The translations under genes were made by a program, and so were the position numbers. Below, in pieces: positions 29,050 through 38,107 of a stretch of 64,000 bases of DNA (the first letter of the stretch is position 1; each line of letters starts with the position of its first letter). The notes under the pieces are model-generated. The model worked only from the letters and a program-made list of their open reading frames with translations. It was not told the origin of the DNA and made no database searches. Source of the stretch: an uncultured delta proteobacterium (GTDB taxonomy: Bacteria > Myxococcota_A > Polyangia > Fen-1088); the NCBI GenBank assembly GCA_963737265.1, contig CAVTRY010000012.1, positions 320,001-384,000 on the forward strand, read 5' to 3'.

Positions 29050-31547
29050 TGTCGACGGATTCGAACGCTCGTACGAGAATGTCCTGGGCCTTGACGCTGG
29101 CGCTGTCGGCGACGGTGCTGACTGGGTGCTTCAATCACCCCGACGACAAAGTCAGTCAGATGGTCTGCACGACGGACAACAATTGTCCGACGGGTTATAC
29201 ATGCAGCAAGCTGCCTGGCGCCGCGACGGGTAGCTGCCAAAAAGCCGGCTCGACCAGCGGCGCTGGTGGCTCCGATGGCTCGATTGGCGTGGATGGTGCG
29301 AGCAAGGGTGGCGCTGGCGGTGCGAAAGACGGATCCGCGGGGGGCGCTGGCGGTGCGAAAGACGGTTCCACGGTGGGCGGGGGTGGTGCGACAGACGGTT
29401 CCGCCGGTGGTGCAATAGGTGGTGGCGCCGGTGGTGCGACAGGCGGTGCTGCGGGGGGCGCGGGGGGCGGGACGGGCGGTTCCGCGGGGGTAAGCGCAAT
29501 GGGCGGAGGCCCTACCGATGCTCCACTGACTCCGATCGGCGGCGCGTCAGGAGGATCCGGCGGTTCATCGGCTCCGCCGATCGATGCCGGCGCCATGATC
29601 GGCACCGCCTGTAAGAGCAGTGCCGATTGTCCTTTGGGCTACTGCGTTGACGGGGTTTGCTGTGACGGCGCCTGCAAGGACGCATGTTACTCCTGCGCGC
29701 AGCTTTACACGAGCAAGACCGACGGAACCTGCGCCCCGGTTGCTGCCGGCAAGCAGGATCCGCGGGCGACTTGCGTGGACCAGACGGCGACGAACCAGTG
29801 CGGCAGCGATGGCACGTGTGATGGCGCCGGCGCCTGTCGCAAAGTCGGTGCGGATCACGTTTGCTCGACCTCGTCCTGCAACACCTCGACGTTCACCCCC
29901 ACGTCGACGTGCGACGGAAAGGGCGCGTGCACGACGGCGACGCCGCAGGATTGCGGGGGCTCGACCTGCGACGTGGTTGACGGTTGTCGGACGGTCTGCG
30001 CCACGGATAGCGACTGTGCGACCACCTCGTACTGCAATGCCACGACCAAGCGCTGCGCGGCCAAGAAGACCAATGGCGACCCTTGCCTTCTGGCCGATGA
30101 ATGCTCGTCGGGCTTCTGCGCCGACGGCGTTTGCTGCAACACCGCATGTCTCGGCAGTTGCATGGCCTGCTCGGGCTCGCTGACCACGCAAAATTCCGGC
30201 ATCTGCAGCGCCGTGAACGTCGGGACGGATCCCCACAATAGCTGCTCTATCGATACCACGAACCAGTGCGGCGCCGACGGCACCTGCGACGGCGCTGGCG
30301 CTTGCCGAATGACCGGTACCGACCATGTGTGCAAGGCTGCTTCCTGCAATGCCGGGACCTTTACTAATGCAGCAACCTGCGACGGCAAAGGCGCCTGTGG
30401 CACCCCTACCGCGGCCAACTGTGGCGCGTTCACGTGCTCGGCGACGAGCGGGTGCCAAAAGAGCTGCGCCGCCGACACGGACTGTACTGGCCAAAGCTAC
30501 TGCGACACCACAGCCAAGACCTGTACCGCGAAGAAAGCCAACGGCGCCACGTGTGCGGCCGCGACAGAGTGCGCTTTCGGCAATTGCGTCGACGGGATGT
30601 GCTGCAATAGCGCGTGCAATGGCCTTTGCAACTCGTGCAAGAAGGCACACACGAATGTGGCCGACGGAACCTGCGCCTCCGTGAATTCCGGTCTGGATCC
30701 CTACAACAGCTGCCAAGACGAGAGTGCCACGAACAGTTGTGGCAACACCGGCATGTGCGATGGCGCGGGTGCCTGCCAAAAGGCGGGCAAGACGCAAACC
30801 TGCGGAAATGCGTCGTGCGGTACCAGCGGAAGCAGCGCAACGTATACGCCCGCGAGCATGTGCGATGGACTTGGTACCTGCAAAGCCGGAAACCTCACCA
30901 ATTGCGGCGTATTCCAGTGCTCGGCCACGACCGGCTGCCTGACAACATGTGCGAGCAACACCGATTGCTCCAGCGCGACCTATTGCGACCTGAGTCAGGC
31001 AAAGCCGGTTTGCGCTACCAAGCTTGGCCCTGGCATCGCCTGCGGAACCGATGCGAGCAAATGCACCACGGGGCGCTGCGTGGATGGGGTCTGTTGTAAC
31101 ACCGATTGCACCGCATCTTGCTACGCCTGCAACGTGACTGGCAATGCGGGGACGTGTTCGCCGATTGCCAGCGGTACCGTGGATCAGAAGGGCGCATGCA
31201 AAGCCTCTGGCACGACCTGCGGTCAGAACGGCACGTGTGGGGCAAACGGCGTCTGCTATGTCGCGCCGGCCGGCACGACAGGTATTGGCTGCACGACGAC
31301 GTGTTCGGGCTCGACGTTGACCTCCAATAGCTGCGATGGCAAAGGCAGTTGCACGGGTTCGGGTGGCTCATGCAGTAACAACCTCGTCTGTGCAAGCGCC
31401 ACGGCGTGCAAGACAAGCTGCACATTAGATACCGACTGCACGGGCGGAATGGTCTGTACGGCCGACGGCACCAACCGGTGCGCACCCATTTGTATCTTCG
31501 ATGATCAAAGTTCCTTGTCCGATGACGTTTGCGTCTTGGGACCGTAG
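29049..31547 (+). CDS. Cys-rich repeat lipoprotein (four units of about 155 aa)
   Basis: LTGC lipobox; Gly linker; four CxDGxCCxxxC...CDGAGAC units; ends CIFDDQSSLSDDVCVLGP. Confidence 0.85.
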   Translation: MSTDSNARTRMSWALTLALSATVLTGCFNHPDDKVSQMVCTTDNNCPTGYTCSKLPGAATGSCQKAGSTSGAGGSDGSIGVDGASKGGAGGAKDGSAGGAGGAKDGSTVGGGGATDGSAGGAIGGGAGGATGGAAGGAGGGTGGSAGVSAMGGGPTDAPLTPIGGASGGSGGSSAPPIDAGAMIGTACKSSADCPLGYCVDGVCCDGACKDACYSCAQLYTSKTDGTCAPVAAGKQDPRATCVDQTATNQCGSDGTCDGAGACRKVGADHVCSTSSCNTSTFTPTSTCDGKGACTTATPQDCGGSTCDVVDGCRTVCATDSDCATTSYCNATTKRCAAKKTNGDPCLLADECSSGFCADGVCCNTACLGSCMACSGSLTTQNSGICSAVNVGTDPHNSCSIDTTNQCGADGTCDGAGACRMTGTDHVCKAASCNAGTFTNAATCDGKGACGTPTAANCGAFTCSATSGCQKSCAADTDCTGQSYCDTTAKTCTAKKANGATCAAATECAFGNCVDGMCCNSACNGLCNSCKKAHTNVADGTCASVNSGLDPYNSCQDESATNSCGNTGMCDGAGACQKAGKTQTCGNASCGTSGSSATYTPASMCDGLGTCKAGNLTNCGVFQCSATTGCLTTCASNTDCSSATYCDLSQAKPVCATKLGPGIACGTDASKCTTGRCVDGVCCNTDCTASCYACNVTGNAGTCSPIASGTVDQKGACKASGTTCGQNGTCGANGVCYVAPAGTTGIGCTTTCSGSTLTSNSCDGKGSCTGSGGSCSNNLVCASATACKTSCTLDTDCTGGMVCTADGTNRCAPICIFDDQSSLSDDVCVLGP

Positions 31548-31593
31548 CGACGATCGGTTTTTTCTATTTCCTTCCGAAGGTGAGGTATCGACA

Positions 31594-32187
31594 ATGAAAA
31601 TCAAAGTCTACACGATTGAGTTTAAGACTCCGCGCTGGCTGAGAAACGCCCTAACATTTGTCGTCGTTCCCGGCATGATTTTGCTCGGGGTGGGTGCTGC
31701 GGTTCGAGCGGCGGGTCTTTCGTCGCCGTTGAAGACATTCGTGACGCGGACGCCAATTTCCTCCGGCGACCTGACTAGCAATTTCACTGCGCTACAGAAT
31801 GTGGTCAATGGCGTCAGCGGTGCGGCGGTACAAAACGCGATGAATGCGACCACTGCTAGCACAGCTTCTAATTTAAGCTGCAACGGCTGCGTCGCAAAGT
31901 CCAGCATTGCTGGGGGTGCGGTGTTGTCTAGTCTGGCGGTCACGGTTGTTGATAGCAACCCCGCCGGCACTGTCTTTGCGCCTGCGGGATTTAGTCAGCC
32001 GTGGGCATCATGTCCTTCGGGCACGACTATGATCGGTGGCGGGTGCAGATCGCAGACCTCAGCAATCCAGGTCTTCGACATGTTCATGAGTCAATCTGAG
32101 AACCGCTACTACTGTTCCTTCCAAAACAACCTCGGCGCTGCAAATCCTCTTCCCCACGTCTTTGCCTATTGCCTTGGCACACAGTAG
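31594..32187 (+). CDS. Exported fibre/adhesin-like hypothetical protein
   Basis: GAGG RBS; N-terminal TM segment; TFxxxxxISSxDLxxNF motif; C-terminal ASCPSGTTMIGGGC...AYC. Confidence 0.6.
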   Translation: MKIKVYTIEFKTPRWLRNALTFVVVPGMILLGVGAAVRAAGLSSPLKTFVTRTPISSGDLTSNFTALQNVVNGVSGAAVQNAMNATTASTASNLSCNGCVAKSSIAGGAVLSSLAVTVVDSNPAGTVFAPAGFSQPWASCPSGTTMIGGGCRSQTSAIQVFDMFMSQSENRYYCSFQNNLGAANPLPHVFAYCLGTQ

Positions 32188-32209
32188 GTCTGAGCCTTCG
32201 CCCGACAGG

Positions 32210-33922
32210 ATGAAAGCTCTACACGACGGCGGCACTTTCTCTCCCAAGACAGCGGGCGGCTGGCTCCAGGCCGGCCTTTTCCTGACAGTCCTTGCGGTCT
32301 ATTTGCTTGGTGAAGGCCGGACCCCGCCGTACAACGATTCCAAGCTCATCTACACGGTGGCCGAGTCGATAGTGTACCGTCACTCCTTGGCTATCCCAGT
32401 CCCGGGTGGCGAGATGCACGCTCCTCACCCCATTCTCTCGTCCGCCATCCATGTTCCGGGGGTCCTTCTTCGCCGGGAGCTCACCAAGTTGGCGCCCAAG
32501 GCAGACCGACTCATCAAGCCGATAACCAGTCATCTTGGCAACCAGGTGGTCGCTGCCTTGGGATGCCTGGTGTTCTTTCGACTTCTCGTTCACCTGGGAC
32601 TCTCGCTCGGGGCAGCTAGCTTGGGCACGCTTCTCCTCGCTTTTGCGACGATGTTGCCGATTTACGCCAGGACGGCCTGGTCTGAAACGCTTCAGGCTAC
32701 CTGCTATATAGGCTTTTTCTCGGCGCTGGTGCGCCTAAAGGATCATCCGGCGCGCAAGACGGGCCTTTGGTTTGGCGTCTGGACGGGGCTGCTAATCAAC
32801 TCGAAGTATGCGTTCGCGCTGGTATTGCCGGGAGCTTTGCTTTTTCTTGGTCTTTACGCTTGGAAAGCCAAGCGCATCCGCGCGCTCCTCGGTGCTTGTC
32901 TTTGGCCGGTCGTGCCGGGCGTGTGTCTTCTTGCCGTAATGCTTTGGTATAACTGGGCACGAAGCGGCGCGGCCACGAACAGCGGCTATCCTACCATCGC
33001 GGGACTCTCCGAAAGCGTCCTTCGCGAAGATCTCTTTGTGGGCCTTTGGTCCTATCTGTTCTCGTTCGGGAAGAGCATCTTTCTCTATAGTCCGCCTCTG
33101 TTGTTGAGTGTCTGGGCACTTCCTCTTGTGGCAAGGCGATACGCCTCGGTCCTGTGGGCCTTCACGCTGACCGCCGGACCCGTGATCTGTCTCTACAGTA
33201 AATTTGTTCACTGGAGTGGCGATTGGTGCTGGGGGCCGCGCTACCTTCTATTCTTGGTTCCGGCTGCGCTGATTCCCGCTGCCTATCTCATCGACGATTG
33301 TCTCGGCAGCCGCCGACGAATGGCTCTTGCAGCTTGCGCCGTGCTTTTTGTGATAGGCGTTTGGGTGCAGGTTGTCGGTGCGAGCCAATACTGGGACATC
33401 TATATTCGAGTTAGCAAAGCTGCCCAGGCGCAATGGCTCGGGTCTCCCAATCGAGCCGGCGCCTCCACACCGGATCACGGTGGCGCATGCGATCCCTGCT
33501 TCGAGGATTTCTACGCCAGGAACTATGCGCCCCCGTTTCAGCCGATCGGCGTGCAGTCGTGGTATCTGAAGCACCACCTCTGGTCCGATCCGTGGGCCGT
33601 CGCAGTCAAAGACGTTCCGTTCAGACGCTACACTACCCTGGAATTTCCCGCTGTTCGCCAGTGGTACGAGAAGCCCCCCTGGGATTGGTGGAAGCTCGAC
33701 TTTGTCGGCCCCTATCGCCGGGCCGGCAATTGTCTGTTGGCGGCCTTCTTGACCGGGATCTTGGCGGGTTCCGTGCTGTGGATTCGCGGGTTGCGAACCG
33801 CCACGGCACCTTCATCAACAGCTTGCCCATCTGGCTCGACGCCCCTTTGGCCGCGTCTTCGGGGGCTTCTTGGAAGACAGTATGGCCGTCTCCGGGACCG
33901 CCTTTTGGGCCGAGGTCGATGA
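32210..33922 (+). CDS. Polytopic GT-C-like membrane glycosyltransferase
   Basis: Many TM helices; YND, YARTAWSE, GKSIFLYSP, WSGDWCWGPRYL. The last ~40 codons are antisense uvrA-derived sequence. Confidence 0.72.
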   Translation: MKALHDGGTFSPKTAGGWLQAGLFLTVLAVYLLGEGRTPPYNDSKLIYTVAESIVYRHSLAIPVPGGEMHAPHPILSSAIHVPGVLLRRELTKLAPKADRLIKPITSHLGNQVVAALGCLVFFRLLVHLGLSLGAASLGTLLLAFATMLPIYARTAWSETLQATCYIGFFSALVRLKDHPARKTGLWFGVWTGLLINSKYAFALVLPGALLFLGLYAWKAKRIRALLGACLWPVVPGVCLLAVMLWYNWARSGAATNSGYPTIAGLSESVLREDLFVGLWSYLFSFGKSIFLYSPPLLLSVWALPLVARRYASVLWAFTLTAGPVICLYSKFVHWSGDWCWGPRYLLFLVPAALIPAAYLIDDCLGSRRRMALAACAVLFVIGVWVQVVGASQYWDIYIRVSKAAQAQWLGSPNRAGASTPDHGGACDPCFEDFYARNYAPPFQPIGVQSWYLKHHLWSDPWAVAVKDVPFRRYTTLEFPAVRQWYEKPPWDWWKLDFVGPYRRAGNCLLAAFLTGILAGSVLWIRGLRTATAPSSTACPSGSTPLWPRLRGLLGRQYGRLRDRLLGRGR

Positions 33923-33926
33923 TGTA
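33799..33926 (-). pseudogene. Inverted, degenerate third copy of the uvrA 3' end
   Basis: Minus strand reads YIIDLGPKGGPGDGHTVFQEAPEDAAKGASSQMGKLLMKV versus Uvr[41 protein letters not shown]. Confidence 0.85.
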
Positions 33927-34083
33927 GATCACGTTCGCGCAAGAAACCAGACCGCAGGACAGACGGCGGGCTTTTCCTCGCGGCGTAGTGCGCTCTGTCG
34001 CATCGAGCCTGGCGGCGGGCTGGGGTTGGGGGAGACGACCCGATTCCAGCTGCCGGCGCCGCGTGGTACGTTCGCCGCACGCG

Positions 34084-34188
34084 ATGACGGTGGATCTCTT
34101 CAACTACGACAACCGGGGCTACCACCCTGGGGGTGGCGCGGTCGTGCGCCTGCGCCTGTTCGGCGCGCGCGTCGGCGCCGGCGTTTAG
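34084..34188 (+). pseudogene. Remnant of a WcaF-like acetyltransferase allele
   Basis: MTVDLFNYDNRGYHPG...LRLFGARVGAGV-stop matches the N-terminus of 51576..52136, with an internal deletion. Confidence 0.85.
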
Positions 34189-34194
34189 CGATCC

Positions 34195-35425
34195 ATGCCG
34201 CGCCTGATCTTCGTCAATCGCTTCTTTCATCCCGATCACTCGGCCACCAGCCAGCTTCTTGGCGATCTGGCCTTTCATCTCGCCCGGGCCGGGTTCGACG
34301 TCCACGTCGTCGCCAGCCGGCAGATCTACGACGATGCTTCGCGCGACCTGGAGAAGCACGAAAGCGTCCGCGGCGTGCAAGTGCACCGGGTGTGGGCGAC
34401 GCGTTTCGGCCGCGGCCGGCTGCTTCTGCGCGCCATCGACTATCTCAGCTTTTACCTCGGCGCCACGGCGAAGCTCGCGGCCCTTGCAAGTTCCGGCACG
34501 GTGGTGATCGCCGAAACCGATCCGCCGCTGCTATCGGTGCCATCCGCCGCCATCGCCCGCCTGAGGCGCGCCATCTCGATCAACTGGACCCAGGATCTCT
34601 TCCCCGAGATCGCCGAGAGCCTCGGCGTTCCCGGCATCGCGCTGGTCGCCCCGCTGCTGCGCCGGCTACGCAATTTCTCGCTCAGCTCGGCGCACGCCAA
34701 CGTCGTGCTCAGCGACGGCATGAGCCTGCGCCTGCGCGCAGAAGGCGTTGCCCAAGACAAGATCGACGTCATTCACAACTGGTCGCCAGTCGAGACCGCA
34801 TCGCCGTCGGCGCAGATTTCCGCCAACCCGCTGCGCGCGGAATGGGGGCTTGGCCAGAAATTCGTGGTCGGGTATTCCGGCAACTTCGGCCGCGCGCACG
34901 ACTTCGCCACCGTGCTCGATGCCGCGGCGGCGCTGCGCGACCTGCCCCACGTCCATTTCCTGTTGGTTGGCGCCGGCGCCCAGCTCGCGTGGGTGCAAGA
35001 ACGGGTGGCCACCCTGGCTTTGCGCAACGTCAGCTTTCAGCCCTACCAGCCGCTCAACCGTCTGGCGCTCAGTCTCGCCGTGCCCGATCTGCACCTCGTT
35101 TCCCTCAAGCCCGAGCTCGAAGGGCTGATCGTACCGAGCAAATTCTACGCCGTGCTGGCGGCCGGCCGACCCGTGCTTTTCGTCGGCGATGCCAAGGGCG
35201 AGATGGCCAGGCAAATCGAGGCAGCCGATTGCGGGCGAGCATTTCCGGTCGGCGCGCACGTTCGAGCTCGCAGCCGCGATTCGCGACCTCGACGGGCGGC
35301 CCAGCGAGGTCGCCGAAATGGGCCAACGCGCGCGCGGACTGTGGGCCGCGCGTTTCCAACGCAAGCACGCGCTGGCGGCGTGGCAGGCGCTCTTGACCCG
35401 AGTGTCCGCCAGCGCGAAGGGATGA
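34195..35425 (+). pseudogene. GT4 glycosyltransferase (WcaI/WbuB-like), frameshifted near 35255
   Basis: VNRFFHPDHSAT, QDLFPE, YSGNFG, VPSKFY. The natural C-terminus ELAAAI...MGQRAR is in another frame, ending at 35425. Confidence 0.8.
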
Positions 35426-35487
35426 CCGGCAGCGATGTTACTTTGTCTGATTCCGAACACTCCTCCTTTTTCTGCTAGGCTAGGGAC

Positions 35488-36105
35488 ATGCCCCGGCCCA
35501 CTGCAGAGCAGTTTGAAGATCGTTTTGCGGTCGGGCTGACCCTCGACCACCTCTGGAGCGAAACCATGGGGTTGCCCGTAGACGACAAGGAGAAGGTATT
35601 GGCCAGCCTTGTGGAGGTACTGCAATCCACGGGAACCCCCTACGCGGTTGTCGGTGGGGTTGCCGCGCAGCTCTACACAGAGGAGCCACGCACCACGGCC
35701 GATCTCGACGTTGCCCTTCGCTCGCACGACGATCTTCCAAGGGAAAGGCTTGAGGCGGCCGGTTTCAGTCCCGACGGCGTCTACCAATGGTCGGAAAACT
35801 GGAGAGGCCCGGCCCCGGCGGGAGCTCCCCGCAAGCGACGGGTGGCAGTCCGGTTTTCGAGCGGCCATCTCATGATCGCGGCGGTAGCGCATGCCGAGAA
35901 GGCGAGCGTGGGGCGCATTTCATTTCAGCTCGTGACGATGCCCGATCTGATTCTGTTGAAGCTGGAGGCAGCGGAAGAGCCCAAGAGGCGGATGAGCAAG
36001 AAGATCCACGATGTAGGCGACGTGGTCCGTCTTCTCGAAGATCATCCCGAACTGGACTCACCAGAGATCCGGGCGCGTCTGAGTCGGCTCAGATCTGCTT
36101 TTTAG
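35488..36105 (+). CDS. Stand-alone nucleotidyltransferase-fold protein
   Basis: YAVVGGVAA...PRTTADLD, DLILLKL, KIHDVGDV. Confidence 0.78.
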   Translation: MPRPTAEQFEDRFAVGLTLDHLWSETMGLPVDDKEKVLASLVEVLQSTGTPYAVVGGVAAQLYTEEPRTTADLDVALRSHDDLPRERLEAAGFSPDGVYQWSENWRGPAPAGAPRKRRVAVRFSSGHLMIAAVAHAEKASVGRISFQLVTMPDLILLKLEAAEEPKRRMSKKIHDVGDVVRLLEDHPELDSPEIRARLSRLRSAF

Positions 36106-36140
36106 TATTTGCGCCGCCGGAGAGCCGGGTGCCAGCGCTC

Positions 36141-36170
36141 TTGCCATTTCTAAGGTTGCACTTTAGATTT
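36141..36170 (+). promoter_or_regulatory. Sigma70 promoter with overlapping imperfect inverted repeat
   Basis: TTGCCA-N17-TAGATT, ATG 8 nt downstream; TCTAAGG...CTTTAGA. Confidence 0.6.
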
Positions 36171-36177
36171 GTCCACC

Positions 36178-37353
36178 ATGGGCAAGCTCATCCCGAGACG
36201 GCTGATCGCCGTTGCCAATGCCGCCAGTCGCGGTTTTCCGGCCGTGCTGCTCACGGGACCGCGGCGAAGCGGCAAGACCACGCTGCTACGTCTGATGCGG
36301 CCGAAGGCCGACTATCGCTTGCTGGAGGATCCCGACACCCTGGCCCAAGTACGCGACGACCCACGCGGCTTCCTCGACGGTTTGCGCTTTCCCGTCATCC
36401 TCGACGAGATCCAGAATGCGCCAGAGCTTCTGCCCTACATCCGCAGTCGCATTGATGAGACGCCGGAACGCAAGGGACGCTGGCTTTTGACCGGTTCCCA
36501 GGAGGCGCCTTTGATGAAAGGTGTTACCGAGAGCATGGCGGGGCGTGTGGCTGTGTTCCAGTTGCTGCCGTTCTCTCACCAGGAAAACGCGAAGGTTTCG
36601 CCCTTCCTGGGCGGGTTTCCCGAGGTTTTGGCCCGTCCCTCGTTGGCCGAAGCCTGGTTTCGTTCCTACGTGCAGACGTATTTGGAACGGGACGTGCGTG
36701 CCGTAAGCGGCATCCGCGATCTCGCCATCTTCCGTCGCTTCCTCGGTTTGCTCGCCACGCGCGCGGGACAAGTGCTCAACAAGACGGATCTGGCCGGGCC
36801 GCTCGGCGTGTCGGTTCCAACCGTGGACACATGGATTGGGATCCTGGAAGTTACGGGCCTGCTACTTCTGGCCCAACCGTTCACTGAAAACTTTGGCAAG
36901 CGACTGACCAAGTCGCCCAAGATCTACTTCAGCGACACGGGGCTGGTCTGCCACTTGCTGGGGCTGCGTAGCGCGGCCGAATTGGCGCGCTCGCCATTTC
37001 GAGGGCCCATGTTCGAGAACCACGTGGCGTGCGAAATCGTCAAGGCCCAGCAGCACCACGGGCGGCGGCGCGAACTCTACTTTCTGCGCGACAAGACCGG
37101 CGTCGAGGTGGATTTCGCCGTGCCCACCGGCGCGCGCCGTTTGGCGCTGGTCGAGGCGAAGACCACTCGCACGATCTTGCCAAAGATGGGCCGCCCGATG
37201 CGCCTGTTCATGGAGGCGGCCAATGCCTACGAGTGTCACGGGTGGATCGTTCACCCAGGGCCAGACCTGCCTGGGTTCAGCGGCGCTGGCGAAGGCGTGC
37301 GCACCTGCTCGGCCGACTCCATCGCCAGCACGATTCTTGGGCTACGGGCGTAG
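36178..37353 (+). CDS. AAA_14 ATPase with DUF4143 domain, paralog 1
   Basis: GPRRSGKTT, ILDEIQ, LTGS, ESMAGR, TYLERD, KSPKIYFSDTG, EVDF...VEAK. Confidence 0.92.
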   Translation: MGKLIPRRLIAVANAASRGFPAVLLTGPRRSGKTTLLRLMRPKADYRLLEDPDTLAQVRDDPRGFLDGLRFPVILDEIQNAPELLPYIRSRIDETPERKGRWLLTGSQEAPLMKGVTESMAGRVAVFQLLPFSHQENAKVSPFLGGFPEVLARPSLAEAWFRSYVQTYLERDVRAVSGIRDLAIFRRFLGLLATRAGQVLNKTDLAGPLGVSVPTVDTWIGILEVTGLLLLAQPFTENFGKRLTKSPKIYFSDTGLVCHLLGLRSAAELARSPFRGPMFENHVACEIVKAQQHHGRRRELYFLRDKTGVEVDFAVPTGARRLALVEAKTTRTILPKMGRPMRLFMEAANAYECHGWIVHPGPDLPGFSGAGEGVRTCSADSIASTILGLRA

Positions 37354-37605
37354 CGAGGGGAGGGACGTGGGTTCCTGCTTTCGTCGACTGCGAATCACGT
37401 TCGCGCCAGGAACCAGGCGGCGGGATAGACGGCGGGCGTGCCCCGGACCGCAGCGAGGGGATTGGGCAAATTCCGCACGAGCTGGATTGAATGCGCCGGG
37501 CGGAGGCGCTCGTCGAAGTCTACACAACCATGGAATAGGGTCTAGACTATTTTTCAGCCATATGAACAACGGGGCGAGGATGCGAGTTCACGGTCGATAT
37601 CCTTG

Positions 37606-37656
37606 CCTCTCCCCGACGGGGCGAGGCCGCCGACGTCCGCGTCGGCGGGTGAGGGG
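37606..37656. repeat. REP-like double hairpin
   Basis: CCTCTCCCCG-A-CGGGGCGAGG followed by CCGCCGACG-tccg-CGTCGGCGG-GTGAGGGG. Confidence 0.6.
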
Positions 37657-37705
37657 CCGCCGTTAGCTATCCCAGAAGGGGCCCGGAGTCGGCGCTGGTT
37701 GCCGG

Positions 37706-38067
37706 CTGCTGTCCCGCGCGTCGACGGGAGAGGCTCTCGACGACTTGGCAGCGGTCCGCGGCGATCGAGGATAGCCTGCGACACGCCTGGTTGATTATCT
37801 ATATATAGTGAGATATTTATCTCTGTAGCGACTCGAGCAGGAACGAAGGTTTCTTCAGGTATTGGCCGGTTCGGTCGGTACGACCGTGTCGATCTAGACA
37901 TCGTGTGGTCCGTGGTCGTTGCAGACCTTCCGCCCCTGGTGGCGCGGCTGGCGGAAATCGCGGCCCGGCGCTGAGCGACGGCTTTCACGTCAGCGCCATG
38001 GACGGTAGTGCGCGCCTGACGAGCAAGCGGTAGACGCCGCGGAGCCTGGTCCCCGCCCTGGGCTCAC
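37706..38067 (+). pseudogene. Composite scar of three gene ends
   Basis: 37706-37785 matches 54082-54161 (Phd end/PIN start); 37877-38004 matches 54807-54934 (HepT end); 38010-38067 matches 53282-53341 (GT4 end). Confidence 0.88.
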
Positions 38068-38071
38068 AGGC

Positions 38072-38103
38072 TTGCATTTTGACCATAGGGTGCTCAGAAT
38101 GCA
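38072..38103 (+). promoter_or_regulatory. Sigma70 leaderless-type promoter with inverted-repeat operator
   Basis: TTGCAT-N17-CAGAAT-N7-ATG; TGCATTTTGA...TCAGAATGCA. Confidence 0.62.
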
Positions 38104-38107
38104 GACC

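Noticed and set aside
1723-29605. Many Pro-rich ORFs (for example 1723..2058, 5294..6007, 8335..8916, 13198..13962, 29195..29605)
   Set aside because: Antisense reflections of Gly-rich linkers.
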